Shown piece by piece: positions 1 through 9,200 of a DNA stretch of 64,000 bases. The stretch lies in IMG/VR virus record IMGVR_UViG_3300025848_000037, one strand, 5' to 3'. The translations under genes and the position numbers were made by a program. The first letter of the stretch is position 1, and every line of letters begins with the position of its first letter. The notes under the pieces are model-generated. The model saw nothing but the letters and a program-made list of their open reading frames with translations. It ran no database searches and was not told where the DNA came from. The stretch comes from an uncultured virus (IMG/VR IMGVR_UViG_3300025848_000037). Its lineage: Duplodnaviria; Heunggongvirae; Uroviricota; Caudoviricetes.

Positions 1-29
1 TCTTGCTGGTGGGGTCTCAACGAGAGCAT
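1..29 (-). CDS. N-terminus of probable SF2 (DEAD/DEAH-like) helicase, truncated by window edge
   Basis: AGGAGG RBS then ATG; MLSLRPHQQ resembles the LRPxQ Q-motif start of phage SF2 helicases; only 9 codons visible. Confidence 0.5.
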
Positions 30-64
30 GAAGTCCTCCTACCGGGAAAGCGCCCGGCTTCGCA

Positions 65-874
65 TCAAACAGTGGCTGCTTTTTCAGCCTTCTCAGCACG
101 CTTCTTCCAGTAGTTCACCTGCTTCACAGCCTCGGCAAACTTGTTCTGGAAGTCGTTTCTGGAGATGGTCACGGCTTTGAGCTGCATCTCCAGGTCTTTG
201 ACCTCCGCACGCAGGTCGTCAATCGTCGTCGTGACCTGGGCTTTGGCGGCATCATCGATGTCCATGTCCACAATGGCCAGCTGGTCCTTGAGCTTGGCGT
301 TCTCCTCGGCGATGGCCCTCATCTCTGTGGCCAGCTCTGCCATCCGATCCTCTTCGGTAACCTCCGCGGGCTGCTCAGGCTCGGGCGCTTTGGTGCTGGG
401 CTTGGCAGGCGGGGGCGGCGGGAGCTTCTGCTTCTTGTTGAGCTCCATGGCCTTGCGGATGCGGCCCACGGTCATGTGGGACACCTTGCAAATCTTGGCG
501 ATGTCCCGGTCAGAGCTGTCTGCGTACTCGATGTCTTCGAGGAGGGAGGCAACCACCAGGCGCTTCTCCTCGTTGGTGCGGGGCAGGCCGTGCTCCGAGT
601 TGGCACCGCGGGAATAGATGAACGCATCGCGCTTGGTGCCCGTGTGGACTTCGCACTCGATAGAGCGAATGGCAGCCCGCTTGTGGGCATGGTAGCGGTG
701 GAACCCATCAGCCAGCCAAAGATCCTTGCCGTCGTTGAAGACGACCACAGGAGGCATTTTCCCCCCGTCCAACAGCACCTCGGTGTACGCCGTGACAGTG
801 TCCTCGTAGACCTGCTTGCGTGATTGCGTACCGCCGTCGATGCGGATCTTGTTGATATCGATGGGTTTGCTCAT
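65..874 (-). CDS. ParB-like protein (ParB/Srx N-terminal domain, HTH, C-terminal coiled coil)
   Basis: PPVVVF...LADGFHRYHA (ParB/Srx GxxRxxA motif); SDRDIAKICKVSHMTVGRIRK HTH; heptad-rich C-terminus; AAGGAG RBS upstream of ATG 874. Confidence 0.8.
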   Translation of the reverse strand: MSKPIDINKIRIDGGTQSRKQVYEDTVTAYTEVLLDGGKMPPVVVFNDGKDLWLADGFHRYHAHKRAAIRSIECEVHTGTKRDAFIYSRGANSEHGLPRTNEEKRLVVASLLEDIEYADSSDRDIAKICKVSHMTVGRIRKAMELNKKQKLPPPPPAKPSTKAPEPEQPAEVTEEDRMAELATEMRAIAEENAKLKDQLAIVDMDIDDAAKAQVTTTIDDLRAEVKDLEMQLKAVTISRNDFQNKFAEAVKQVNYWKKRAEKAEKAATV

Positions 875-892
875 CCTCACTCCTTAAAAAAT

Positions 893-906
893 TGGAACTT
901 GTTCCA
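893..906. promoter_or_regulatory. Palindrome TGGAACTTGTTCCA copy, operator position for ParB-like gene
   Basis: Lies between the -10 box (930-935) and the RBS of the ParB-like gene; same 14-mer recurs across the window. Confidence 0.75.
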
Positions 907-929
907 CCCGTTTGGCTTGCACCACATAT

Positions 930-958
930 ATTGTACCAAATGCATCTGATGTGTGCAA
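930..958 (-). promoter_or_regulatory. Sigma70-type promoter for ParB-like/helicase operon
   Basis: TTGCAC-N17-TACAAT with TG extended -10 on minus strand. Confidence 0.65.
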
Positions 959-1340
959 GAGTCAAGCTACGCCGGGTGACTGGGGGGCCATCATCTTAGG
1001 CTTCTCAGTCACCGTGCCCGTCTAGGGGTTAGCCCTTAGACCAGCAGCCGACCATCACTGGGCGACCCACCATGGGTGGTTGAGTCATCGGGAAGGGTGC
1101 TTTGGCTGTCACGAGTCACCCCTGCCTGCGCGAGTCGCTCAACTACGCTCGCACGCACCGGTTGGTCTTGCCGGCACGATTGTCTTTTCTTCCGCGCCAC
1201 CGATTTCAAGTGCTTGCTGACGGGCGGAGTCCGGCTGGGTGTGGAGGGTGGGAACTGAACTGCTCGCATGAAGCAGCGTTCTGTGAAAGTTACGGAGACC
1301 AAGTCACGGAGCTAACCCGTTACCAGTCCAGTTCCCGAAA

Positions 1341-1457
1341 AGCAAAAAGCCGTTAAGACAGACCCCGGTGGAAACCCACCCTCTTTTGGAGGACGGCACC
1401 CCAGTCGGGGTCGGAGTCTGACTTAACGGCTTTCGTTGCTTAGGTTTCCACGCCTAG
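1341..1457 (-). ncRNA. Candidate structured regulatory RNA (C4/CI antisense-like architecture)
   Basis: Long stem AAGCCGTTAAG/CTTAACGGCTT with inner hairpins, upstream small hairpin with 9-nt complementarity to an inner segment, directly downstream of a consensus promoter. Confidence 0.45.
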
Positions 1458-1465
1458 CTGGGTGG

Positions 1466-1496
1466 ATTATACCAACACAGCTTCAACGCGTGTCAA
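1466..1496 (-). promoter_or_regulatory. Sigma70-type promoter
   Basis: TTGACA-N19-TATAAT with TG extended -10 on minus strand. Confidence 0.6.
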
Positions 1497-1580
1497 CTAT
1501 TTTTTTCCAACACGGCTGGGGACTCGTCGTGCGTCCTTCGATTAGCGTGGCGACACCGGCCACATCCCCATGCGTCTTGG

Positions 1581-1614
1581 AAAAAGTCCCCCCACCTTTC
1601 GGCGAGGGGGAACT
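1581..1614 (-). terminator. Intrinsic terminator after RuvC-like gene
   Basis: GC-rich stem, GAAA loop, followed by U run on minus strand. Confidence 0.65.
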
Positions 1615-1666
1615 CAACAAGAATCAACCATGATGCGGCAACTGCAATCACCGCGGCGCTACTGTA

Positions 1667-2143
1667 TCAGATCTGCTGGCGGCCGTACTCTGCAAGCAGC
1701 GCAGCCTCGGCCCGCCCGTCATCCTTCACCCGCTTGAACGACCCGGCAAACGCCGGCCACATCCCCATGGCCATGGACCGGCTCGCATCCTTGCCAGAAT
1801 CGAGCTGCAGCGCTTTTTTCCACTTGGCTGGGGTGACAGTACTGATCTTGATATTGTTGCCCGCCAGAGCCCCTTTGACGATGCCAAACGCCTCCCCGAA
1901 AGCGAACATCGAGCTGACCCCCTGGCCCGGCATCGCTGTAACTTGTTCCACCCAAGCGTGCGCCTCGCCGGAGTACCAGCTCAGGTCATAAGCCAGCAGC
2001 TCAGGACTGACCCTGGTCTTTACCGCCTTGCCAACCTGGACCTGGACCACCGGCATGTCCAGCAGCCGCACCAGGCTCCCGTTCATGTTCATGATGGCAA
2101 TGGCTCCATGAGCCCCCGGGTCAACCCCAATAATAAATTTCAT
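1667..2143 (-). CDS. RuvC-like Holliday junction resolvase
   Basis: IIGVDPG...VEQV...GVSSMFAFGEAFG...VTPAKWKK...DDGRAEAALLA; start placed at MKFIIG. Confidence 0.85.
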   Translation of the reverse strand: MKFIIGVDPGAHGAIAIMNMNGSLVRLLDMPVVQVQVGKAVKTRVSPELLAYDLSWYSGEAHAWVEQVTAMPGQGVSSMFAFGEAFGIVKGALAGNNIKISTVTPAKWKKALQLDSGKDASRSMAMGMWPAFAGSFKRVKDDGRAEAALLAEYGRQQI

Positions 2144-2151
2144 AAGAGTCC

Positions 2152-2181
2152 TTGCAACACATGAATTGGTGTGGGTATAAT
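2152..2181 (+). promoter_or_regulatory. Sigma70-type promoter for recombination operon
   Basis: TTGCAA-N18-TATAAT upstream of AAGGAG RBS and GTG 2211. Confidence 0.6.
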
Positions 2182-2210
2182 GTCCCCTCACTTTAACCCA
2201 AGGAGAACCT

Positions 2211-2405
2211 GTGAAGATAGTTTTTACCAAAGCCGAAGTCGAGGACATCATCCTCATGCACGTCCGGCGCAAGTTTGGCATTTCCATGGACCGCGTCGAT
2301 CTGTCCTCCTACATCGGTGACTTTTGCGTTGTCTCCCAAGTTGAGGAGCAGGTCAAGCTGGTGAAGGCCACCGACATTGAGGACACGTTCGGGGCCGCCG
2401 TATGA
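2211..2405 (+). CDS. Hypothetical protein
   Basis: AAGGAG RBS, ATGA overlap with next gene. Confidence 0.7.
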   Translation: MKIVFTKAEVEDIILMHVRRKFGISMDRVDLSSYIGDFCVVSQVEEQVKLVKATDIEDTFGAAV

Positions 2406-3310
2406 TCATCACCAACAAGTTCAACCTGCCTCAGACGTTCGTGAACGTCATGAAGCGCCCCACCTACAGCAAGGGCAGGGCCGCTCTGTCGGCCACCGAG
2501 CTGATCAACTCCCCCCGCATTGTGCAGCTTCGCAAGGCCCACGAGGCCGAGCTGGAATACGACGTGTCCGAGATGGTCTGGTCCATCTTTGGCACCGCGG
2601 TCCATGGCGTGCTCGAACACGGCAAGGACGAAAACCATATCGTCGAGGAGCGCCTGCACGCTGAGGTCGATGGCTGGTCAATCTCCGGCGCGATTGACCT
2701 GCAGCTGATTAACGAGGATGGCACCTACACCATCAACGACTACAAGACAACCGGCGCATGGGCGGTGATGAACGAGAAGGCCGACTGGGAGCACCAGCTC
2801 AACATCTACGCCTGGCTTGTCGAGAAGGTCAAGGGCGTGAAGGTTTCCAAGCTGGAGATCGTGGCCATCATCCGTGACTGGTCGCGCCGCGATGCCGCGG
2901 TCAAAGCCAACTACCCTGATGCCCCCATCAAGGTGATCCCGATCCAGCTTTGGACGCAGGAGTTCCGCGAGCAGTTCATCCGCGACCGCGTCACGCAGCA
3001 CTCGAACGCGATGCTGACCGCGGAGCTGGGTGAGACGCTGCCCTACTGCACGCCCGAGCAGATGTGGGAAAAGCCCCCTGTGTTTGCCATCATGAAAGAG
3101 GGCAACGTCCGCGCAAAGAGCGTCCACGCACTCGAGTCCGAGGCAACCGTGTCACTCGAGGATTTGAAGAAGACCGCAAAGAAAGGAGAAAACTTTTACC
3201 TCGAAGTCCGCAAGGGCGACCGCACCCGCTGCGAAAACTTTTGCCAGGTGAGCAAGTACTGCGACCAGCACCAGGCATATCTAGCTTCCAAAGAAGGAAA
3301 TCAACCATGA
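2402..3310 (+). CDS. PD-(D/E)XK (RecB/Cas4-like) exonuclease
   Basis: GTAVH, ISGAIDL...INDYKT, QLNIYAWL, C-terminal C-x3-C-x5-C cluster. Confidence 0.85.
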   Translation: MIITNKFNLPQTFVNVMKRPTYSKGRAALSATELINSPRIVQLRKAHEAELEYDVSEMVWSIFGTAVHGVLEHGKDENHIVEERLHAEVDGWSISGAIDLQLINEDGTYTINDYKTTGAWAVMNEKADWEHQLNIYAWLVEKVKGVKVSKLEIVAIIRDWSRRDAAVKANYPDAPIKVIPIQLWTQEFREQFIRDRVTQHSNAMLTAELGETLPYCTPEQMWEKPPVFAIMKEGNVRAKSVHALESEATVSLEDLKKTAKKGENFYLEVRKGDRTRCENFCQVSKYCDQHQAYLASKEGNQP

Positions 3311-3675
3311 AAGAACTGCAAGAGAAAGAGCTGAAGAAATTGATCACGTTCCTCGACGCGATCAAATGCCAGTACAAGATCATCACCGATGATGGCCAAA
3401 CCTTCATGCGGGGCAACGTCGTTCCCGAGCCGAGAAAGAAGCGCAACCTGTCGATGCCCTACGGGGCCATCGCAGCGCACTTCAAGCCGTTCATCAACGT
3501 CAACGCCAATGTCGGCGATGTGATTGAAATCCCCTACGCAAACATCAATCCCGCTGTCCTGCGTGGCGCCATCTGCAGCTACCTCGTGAAGCAGTGGGGC
3601 AAGAAAACCTACACGACGATGCTCGCCAAAGAAGGCGTGCAAATCATGCGTACTGAAATCCCGGAGCAGCAATGA
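3307..3675 (+). CDS. Hypothetical protein
   Basis: ATGA-coupled start MKELQEK; phage-like codon use. Confidence 0.7.
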   Translation: MKELQEKELKKLITFLDAIKCQYKIITDDGQTFMRGNVVPEPRKKRNLSMPYGAIAAHFKPFINVNANVGDVIEIPYANINPAVLRGAICSYLVKQWGKKTYTTMLAKEGVQIMRTEIPEQQ

Positions 3676-3932
3676 GCGAACAACCCAAAAGCGACATACC
3701 CTCTGTCGCCGCGCCTTTTGTGCTGAAGGATTCAGTCATGGTCGAAGGCGTGACCGAAAACTTTGTCTGGTACGAGGCGGAAGTCATCCTGCGCCAGATG
3801 GAACAAACGCAATCCCGGCTCAAGAAGCTGGTGTCGGTGATGGAAGCCCGCCACAAAGAGCACCTGCGAATCATCAACGGTTTGCTCGACGAATTGTCCC
3901 TACTCAAGAAAGAACTCAATGACCGTCCATAA
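3672..3932 (+). CDS. Hypothetical coiled-coil protein
   Basis: ATGA overlap; heptad C-terminus. Confidence 0.65.
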   Translation: MSEQPKSDIPSVAAPFVLKDSVMVEGVTENFVWYEAEVILRQMEQTQSRLKKLVSVMEARHKEHLRIINGLLDELSLLKKELNDRP

Positions 3933-4614
3933 GAAACTGATGGAAGCCCGCATCAAGCTGCAGGGCATGGAACTTCGCAAGTCTGGCGAGAACAAATTCG
4001 CCGGCTACAAGTACTTCGAGCTGGGCGACTTCCTGCCCCAGACCATGACTATCTTCCACTCGATTGGCCTGGCCAGCGTAGTGAGCTTTGATGCTGAGTT
4101 TGCCCGCCTGTGCATCGTTGATACCGAGGACGGCTCAAGCATCACCATCACCAGCCCGATGGCCGATGCCAACCTCAAGGGCGCTCACCCGATCCAGAAC
4201 CTGGGTGCGGTGGAGTCCTACCAGCGCCGCTACCTGTGGCTGGCCGCGATGGAGATCGTCGAGCACGACATCATTGATGCCTCTGCTGGAGCTGAGCCCC
4301 CGCCCAAGCCGGCACCCAAGCCCCTGCCTAAGCCCGAGCCCAAACCTGAGGCTAAGCCGGTCGAGAAGGTCACCGCCGGCACACCAGGCGAGTGGCAGAT
4401 CACCCTGCGCGAGCGCGAGGATGGTGACTGGGCGCAGGCTATCGTTGACGCTACCGACCTCGCCCTGCAGCTGGCCAAGTCCGAGGCCGACGTGCAGAAC
4501 ATCTTCAAGGTCAACCGCATCCACTTCAACCGCCTGAAGAACGAAACCCCGACCATGTATGACGAGGTCTTGGAAAAGTTCAAGCAGGTCAAATCCAAGT
4601 TTTCACAGGAGTAA
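3919..4614 (+). CDS. ERF-family single-strand annealing recombinase
   Basis: KSGENKFAGYKYFELGD...QNLGAVESYQRRY; position after exonuclease. Confidence 0.85.
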   Translation: MTVHKKLMEARIKLQGMELRKSGENKFAGYKYFELGDFLPQTMTIFHSIGLASVVSFDAEFARLCIVDTEDGSSITITSPMADANLKGAHPIQNLGAVESYQRRYLWLAAMEIVEHDIIDASAGAEPPPKPAPKPLPKPEPKPEAKPVEKVTAGTPGEWQITLREREDGDWAQAIVDATDLALQLAKSEADVQNIFKVNRIHFNRLKNETPTMYDEVLEKFKQVKSKFSQE

Positions 4615-4617
4615 GTA

Positions 4618-4893
4618 ATGGAATATCAAGACCAACCCAACACAGGCAAGCTCTTTACGTCCACGAAGCGCAACGAAAAAGCCCCCGACATGAACGGCAA
4701 GATCACCATCGAGAAAGACCTTCTCCTGGCCATGATCGAGGAAGCCCAGGGCGAGCCCACCATCACCATCAAACTCGATGGCTGGCGCAAGAAGGACAAG
4801 AACAACAACCCGATGGTGTCCCTGAAGGTCAACACCTGGAAGCCCGCTGCTGCAGCCCCGGTCCAGCAAGGAAAGGATCCCTGGGATGACTGA
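4618..4893 (+). CDS. Putative single-stranded DNA-binding protein
   Basis: GKLF..KRNEKAPDMNG, acidic/aromatic DPWDD tail, follows ERF. Confidence 0.6.
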   Translation: MEYQDQPNTGKLFTSTKRNEKAPDMNGKITIEKDLLLAMIEEAQGEPTITIKLDGWRKKDKNNNPMVSLKVNTWKPAAAAPVQQGKDPWDD

Positions 4894-5116
4894 GATCAAG
4901 AAGCGCCGCGGACGCCCGCCAAAGGCTCAGCAAACCCCCCCGGTGGTTGACTGGGAGGCGCTGTCCAAGCACCTGCAGAAAGCCCTCGAATCACAGATCG
5001 AGGAGAACAACGTCCTGATCAAAACCAACGAGCAGCTGTCCAAAGATAACCACAGCCTGTTTGCCATCGTGAGCTATTTGGAGTCACGCCTTGACCGAGC
5101 CAACAATCCAGTTTGA
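4886..5116 (+). CDS. Hypothetical protein with AT-hook (KRRGRPPK) and coiled coil
   Basis: AT-hook motif; overlap with neighbours. Confidence 0.65.
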   Translation: MTEIKKRRGRPPKAQQTPPVVDWEALSKHLQKALESQIEENNVLIKTNEQLSKDNHSLFAIVSYLESRLDRANNPV

Positions 5117-5516
5117 GGCAGTCAAGGCCGGGCTCAAGCAGTCCAAGGACGGGTACATCCTGACCATGGCTGTCCACCCGGACGAGATACCTGACGATCT
5201 GGTGCGTGACTTTGTCGGCTCCAGATACGTCGTGGTCATGGTGCGGCTCGATGAGCAAGAGCAACCTATGAACCGCGGCAACGAGTTCCCAGGCGACCAC
5301 GCAGTTAAGATGGCCGGCATCCTGTGCCGCGATCCTGACTTCTGGGAATGGCTGCACGCCAAGGAATGGCTGATGGAAAAGACCGAGGCAGCTTGCACCG
5401 AGTGGCTCACCTCGTACCTGAACATCGAATCACGCAAGGAGCTGAAGACTGACGCTGAAGCCCGAGAATTGTTTAGCCGCATGAAGGCGAGCTTTGATAG
5501 CTGGAGGAAATCGTGA
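5091..5516 (+). CDS. Hypothetical protein
   Basis: GGAG upstream of TTG; coding-like composition. Confidence 0.7.
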   Translation: MTEPTIQFEAVKAGLKQSKDGYILTMAVHPDEIPDDLVRDFVGSRYVVVMVRLDEQEQPMNRGNEFPGDHAVKMAGILCRDPDFWEWLHAKEWLMEKTEAACTEWLTSYLNIESRKELKTDAEARELFSRMKASFDSWRKS

Positions 5517-5785
5517 AGAACCTAGTTCCATACAGTGTGTACTTGCCTGTCGAGTACCACGACAAAATCAAGGAGCTTGCCAAGGAGCGCAAGGCATCGA
5601 GCACGGTGCGTGACGCTATCTGCATGATCCTCGACGGCGATGACAGCTACAAAGCTGGCTACAACAAAGCCATCAAGGACGCCATCAGGACTATCAAGGC
5701 GTGCAAGGACATCGAGATCATTGCCATCCGCGGCAAGTACCTCGACAACTACTTGGCCGAGCAGCTGGAGCAGCTGGAGCCATGA
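5513..5785 (+). CDS. Hypothetical protein, possible ribbon-helix-helix DNA binder
   Basis: GGAGG RBS; YSVYLPVEYHDKIKELAKERK..S..VRDAI pattern. Confidence 0.6.
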   Translation: MKNLVPYSVYLPVEYHDKIKELAKERKASSTVRDAICMILDGDDSYKAGYNKAIKDAIRTIKACKDIEIIAIRGKYLDNYLAEQLEQLEP

Positions 5786-5985
5786 GCGAGCACGACGAAA
5801 ACCTGCGTGATCTGGCCGCCATGTTTGCCATGGCTGGTCTGCTCATGCGCGGAGAGTTGGGGCCAGGCCTGACCGATATGGCCTACGACCATGCCGAGGA
5901 CTTCATGGCCACCAGGGCCAATCGCCCAGAACGTGGGATCGCCGCGATCAAACGTGGCCGCAAGAAGAAAGAAGCTGAAGAATGA
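5782..5985 (+). CDS. Hypothetical protein
   Basis: ATGA overlap; LRDLAAMFAMAGLL typical small phage protein. Confidence 0.65.
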   Translation: MSEHDENLRDLAAMFAMAGLLMRGELGPGLTDMAYDHAEDFMATRANRPERGIAAIKRGRKKKEAEE

Positions 5986-6272
5986 TGTACCGCAACCGTA
6001 AGCTGCTGGACGCGGCCAGAGAGCTGCCCTGCCAGCACTGCGGCGTGTCTGACGGCACGGTTGTGGCTGCTCATTCCAACCAGCTTCGAGACGGAAAGGG
6101 GCGGGGCATCAAGGCTCACGATTACCGCATCGCAAGCCTGTGCTACCGCTGCCATTCCGATCTGGACCAGGGCTCCAACATGTCAAAGCAGGAGCGCATT
6201 GATATGTGGGAGGAAGCCCATCGCAAAACGATAGGCCTCCTCTTCGAGCGCGGCATCATTGTGTTGCCGTAG
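5982..6272 (+). CDS. DUF1364/YbcO-like putative Zn-binding nuclease
   Basis: PCQHC...TVVAAH...GRGIKAHD..IASLCYRCH. Confidence 0.75.
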   Translation: MMYRNRKLLDAARELPCQHCGVSDGTVVAAHSNQLRDGKGRGIKAHDYRIASLCYRCHSDLDQGSNMSKQERIDMWEEAHRKTIGLLFERGIIVLP

Positions 6273-9200
6273 ACATATCCTCGTTGAACCGCGTCATCAT
6301 CCGGTTCTTCTGCTCCTTCAGCCGCTTGATCCGGTCTTTGGTGAAGTCGGTCTCAGGCTTATCCTGCAAGTCCTTGATGGTGCGGTTGAGCTGGCTGATC
6401 TGGTTTTCCAACCTGTTCGCCCGGTTAATCAGCCGCGTCTCAGGGTGATCCTGCTTGTACTCTTGCGGGCTGACCTTGTCCTCACGCATCCGCTTGATGG
6501 TGCCCTCGTGCTCCGCCAGCTTGGTCACGTTCTTGTAGAACTTGTCCGTCACCGCTGAAGGCGTGGTGGTCTCACCGTACAGCTTGCCAAGGATCGGCAC
6601 CTTGTACGGCGGAATCTCATCTTCACTGCCCAAAGAACCCAAGAACCTGGCCGCCCTCGAAACCTCACGGCCCACGCCACCCGTGTACTGAGCAATGAGG
6701 TAATCAATTTGGTCTGCCGTGGGGCTGGCCAAACCGATTCCATACGCACCGCCGCCAGACATGTAGTTAATTGCGTACGACATGCCCTGGCTAAAAGCCG
6801 ACGAGCTTTCCCGGCTGCGCTCATATCCAGGCGTCGGGCTGGTTGCCCTAGCTTCCTTCGAGATCGGGCGACCAAACGCGTCCTTGTTTTCGCCAAAAGC
6901 AGCTATGAATGGATCAATGATTGTCGGCGTAATTGTCTGTACCAAACCGCTCGACCCAAACGGGTTGAAAGAATCAGTGACGATCCCAAACAACTGGCCC
7001 ATCAGCTTGCCAGCGTCCTTGCGACTGGACATTGCAAACTCGGTCATCGTGCGGCCCACGTTGGGGAACACGTTCAGACCCAGGGGCATCGGGATGATCA
7101 GGTAGTTGCCGCTGCCAGTGAATAGATCAGGAATGATCAAGTTCTTGTTCTTCAGGAACTCTGGCGGCTCATCTTCATCAAACCCAGCCATGGCCAGCGC
7201 CAATGCCTGGAACACCCCGATAGCGATACCGCCAGCGATGATGCGCTTGCCGTGCTTGGACAGCTTGTAGCGGCCATCAGGCGTGCGATCCACCAGCAGC
7301 TTAGCCATCCGGGCAGAGCCTTGCACCGACGCGTTGAAGAACGCATACAGAGCGCCAATCCATGTGCCCGATTGACCCTTGCGGTTGAAGTTCACCGTCA
7401 GGTTCTTGGCCAGGCTGGCAGCCCGCTCTTCAGTCAAGCCCTCGTCCAGAGCCGCTTTGAATGCCGACAGGCGAACGGCGTTTTCCATGGCGTCGTTGTA
7501 GTCCGACAGCCAATCAAACACAGCCTTGGCTGCTTTGCGTGCGTTGCCAGCATCAAGATTCTTCAGCTCGCGCTGGATGATCGTTGCCTTCTCTTTGCTA
7601 CGGCTGAACTGCTCGCGGTACCCGGTCTGTCCGCCAGCTTTTTGGAAGCGCTCAAACAGGTCAATCCATTCCTGCATCTCAGGGGTTGTGGACCCCTTTT
7701 CACGGAGGTCACGGTAGATAGCCCGCAGTGCAGATAAAGAACCCCAGAACACTTGCAGTTTGCGCTTGGCAATTGGCGTACCGCTAAGGTTGATAGCGCC
7801 AGCCGTGGTATCGCGCACAAAGTTCCATGCACCAAACACCGGGTTGTACTGGGTGTTGAGCGCCGCATAGGTGCGGGTCAACTCAGCCACTTTCCCCATG
7901 ATCCCGGACAGCTGCTCCGCGTCCATGTTGGTCAATGCTTGGACCATCCGGAGGGCACGCGGGTCACCAGGGTTGAAGAAGACGAACCGGTCTTCCCCGT
8001 TGATGCGCACGGCAAACACGTTGTCCGAGTTGCGCATGTTTGGGTTGACTTCGTACGTAATCTGGCCGGTCTGCTTATCAAAGCGCGGCACCTTCGGCTC
8101 TTGAATAATGCTGTCTGCATCATCAGGAGTGAGCCCCAGGTTGATCAACTCCTGGACGAGCTTCTTCTTGCTCTTGATGGCCGACGGATTGACCGCCATC
8201 CAGAAGTCCGGGTTAGGACTGGCAATCGCCATGCCGTACAGTGCGCGGCCAACCCTGGCTTTCTCCGACCGAACAATGGCCCGCTCACGCTGCAGAGCAA
8301 TGTTGCCAAAGATGTCCACCACGGTTTTGAGAGAGCCGGTGGCAGTCTTTGTAAACCGACCGCGGGTGCTGAAGCCCCGGCCCATCCCGCTGGTGCTTGA
8401 CACAAAGTCCAGCTCATCCGGGTCACGGTTGAGCGGCACATACAGCGGCTGGGTGTCACGCCACTTCTGGATTACCTCCGGCTTCTCCAGCCCGGTATCA
8501 ACCAGCAAGTCCTGCGTGCCTTGGACAATTTTGTCGATGTCCAAAGCCAACGCCTCGAAGGAAGCCTTCTTCTCAGGGTCGAGTTTGGCCATATAGGCCG
8601 CAGCTTCATCATTGAAGATGCCAGAGCCGCCGTCGGGCATCTGCGCGTTGCGCGTGGCAATCAAAGCGTTGCGGTCAGGGGCCGCACGGTTTTGCAGATA
8701 CTCCTCGAACTCATCCAGCGTAACGCCAAGACCCTTCATGTCTTTGAGCAGCGGCTGGATTTCCTGCTTCAGGAAGTCCTGCGTCTGCTTGGCCACGCGC
8801 CCGTGGTACAGCTCCTCCTTCATGTACGTATCGAGGCCATCCTGGATGTCGCCGATCTCGTTTGAGACGGCTTCCTGCATCCGCTTGGTATCGACGTGCT
8901 TGTCCTGGTACTTGTAAATGAAGTTGTCCAGGCGAGACTCGTTGGGGGACGTCCAGGTGGCCAGTGGGGCCGGGCCGCCCTTGTAGTTGCGCCTGGTGTT
9001 GTCAATGTTAGCCAGGGGGATGGACACCATCCCAACGTAATCAGCCAGTACGCGCTTGGTAACGCGCTCCGCCCGAGCGTTCATGATGTCATCGAACGTG
9101 CGATGGATTACGTACTGGTTATCAAACCCGATCAGGGACTTGAGCCCCTCGTACATCTTCTTAATTGCCAGAACAAACCGATCCCAGGCGCTGCCGAGCT

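Noticed and set aside
1036..1356. Short ORFs in the control region
   Set aside because: No clear RBS and atypical composition; a small leader peptide cannot be excluded
2144..2287. N-terminal extension of RuvC-like ORF in the track
   Set aside because: Overlaps the divergent promoter and gene; the RuvC fold begins at MKFIIGVD
2402..3310. Cas4 as part of a CRISPR system
   Set aside because: No array or other cas genes; exonuclease-ERF-SSB context indicates recombination
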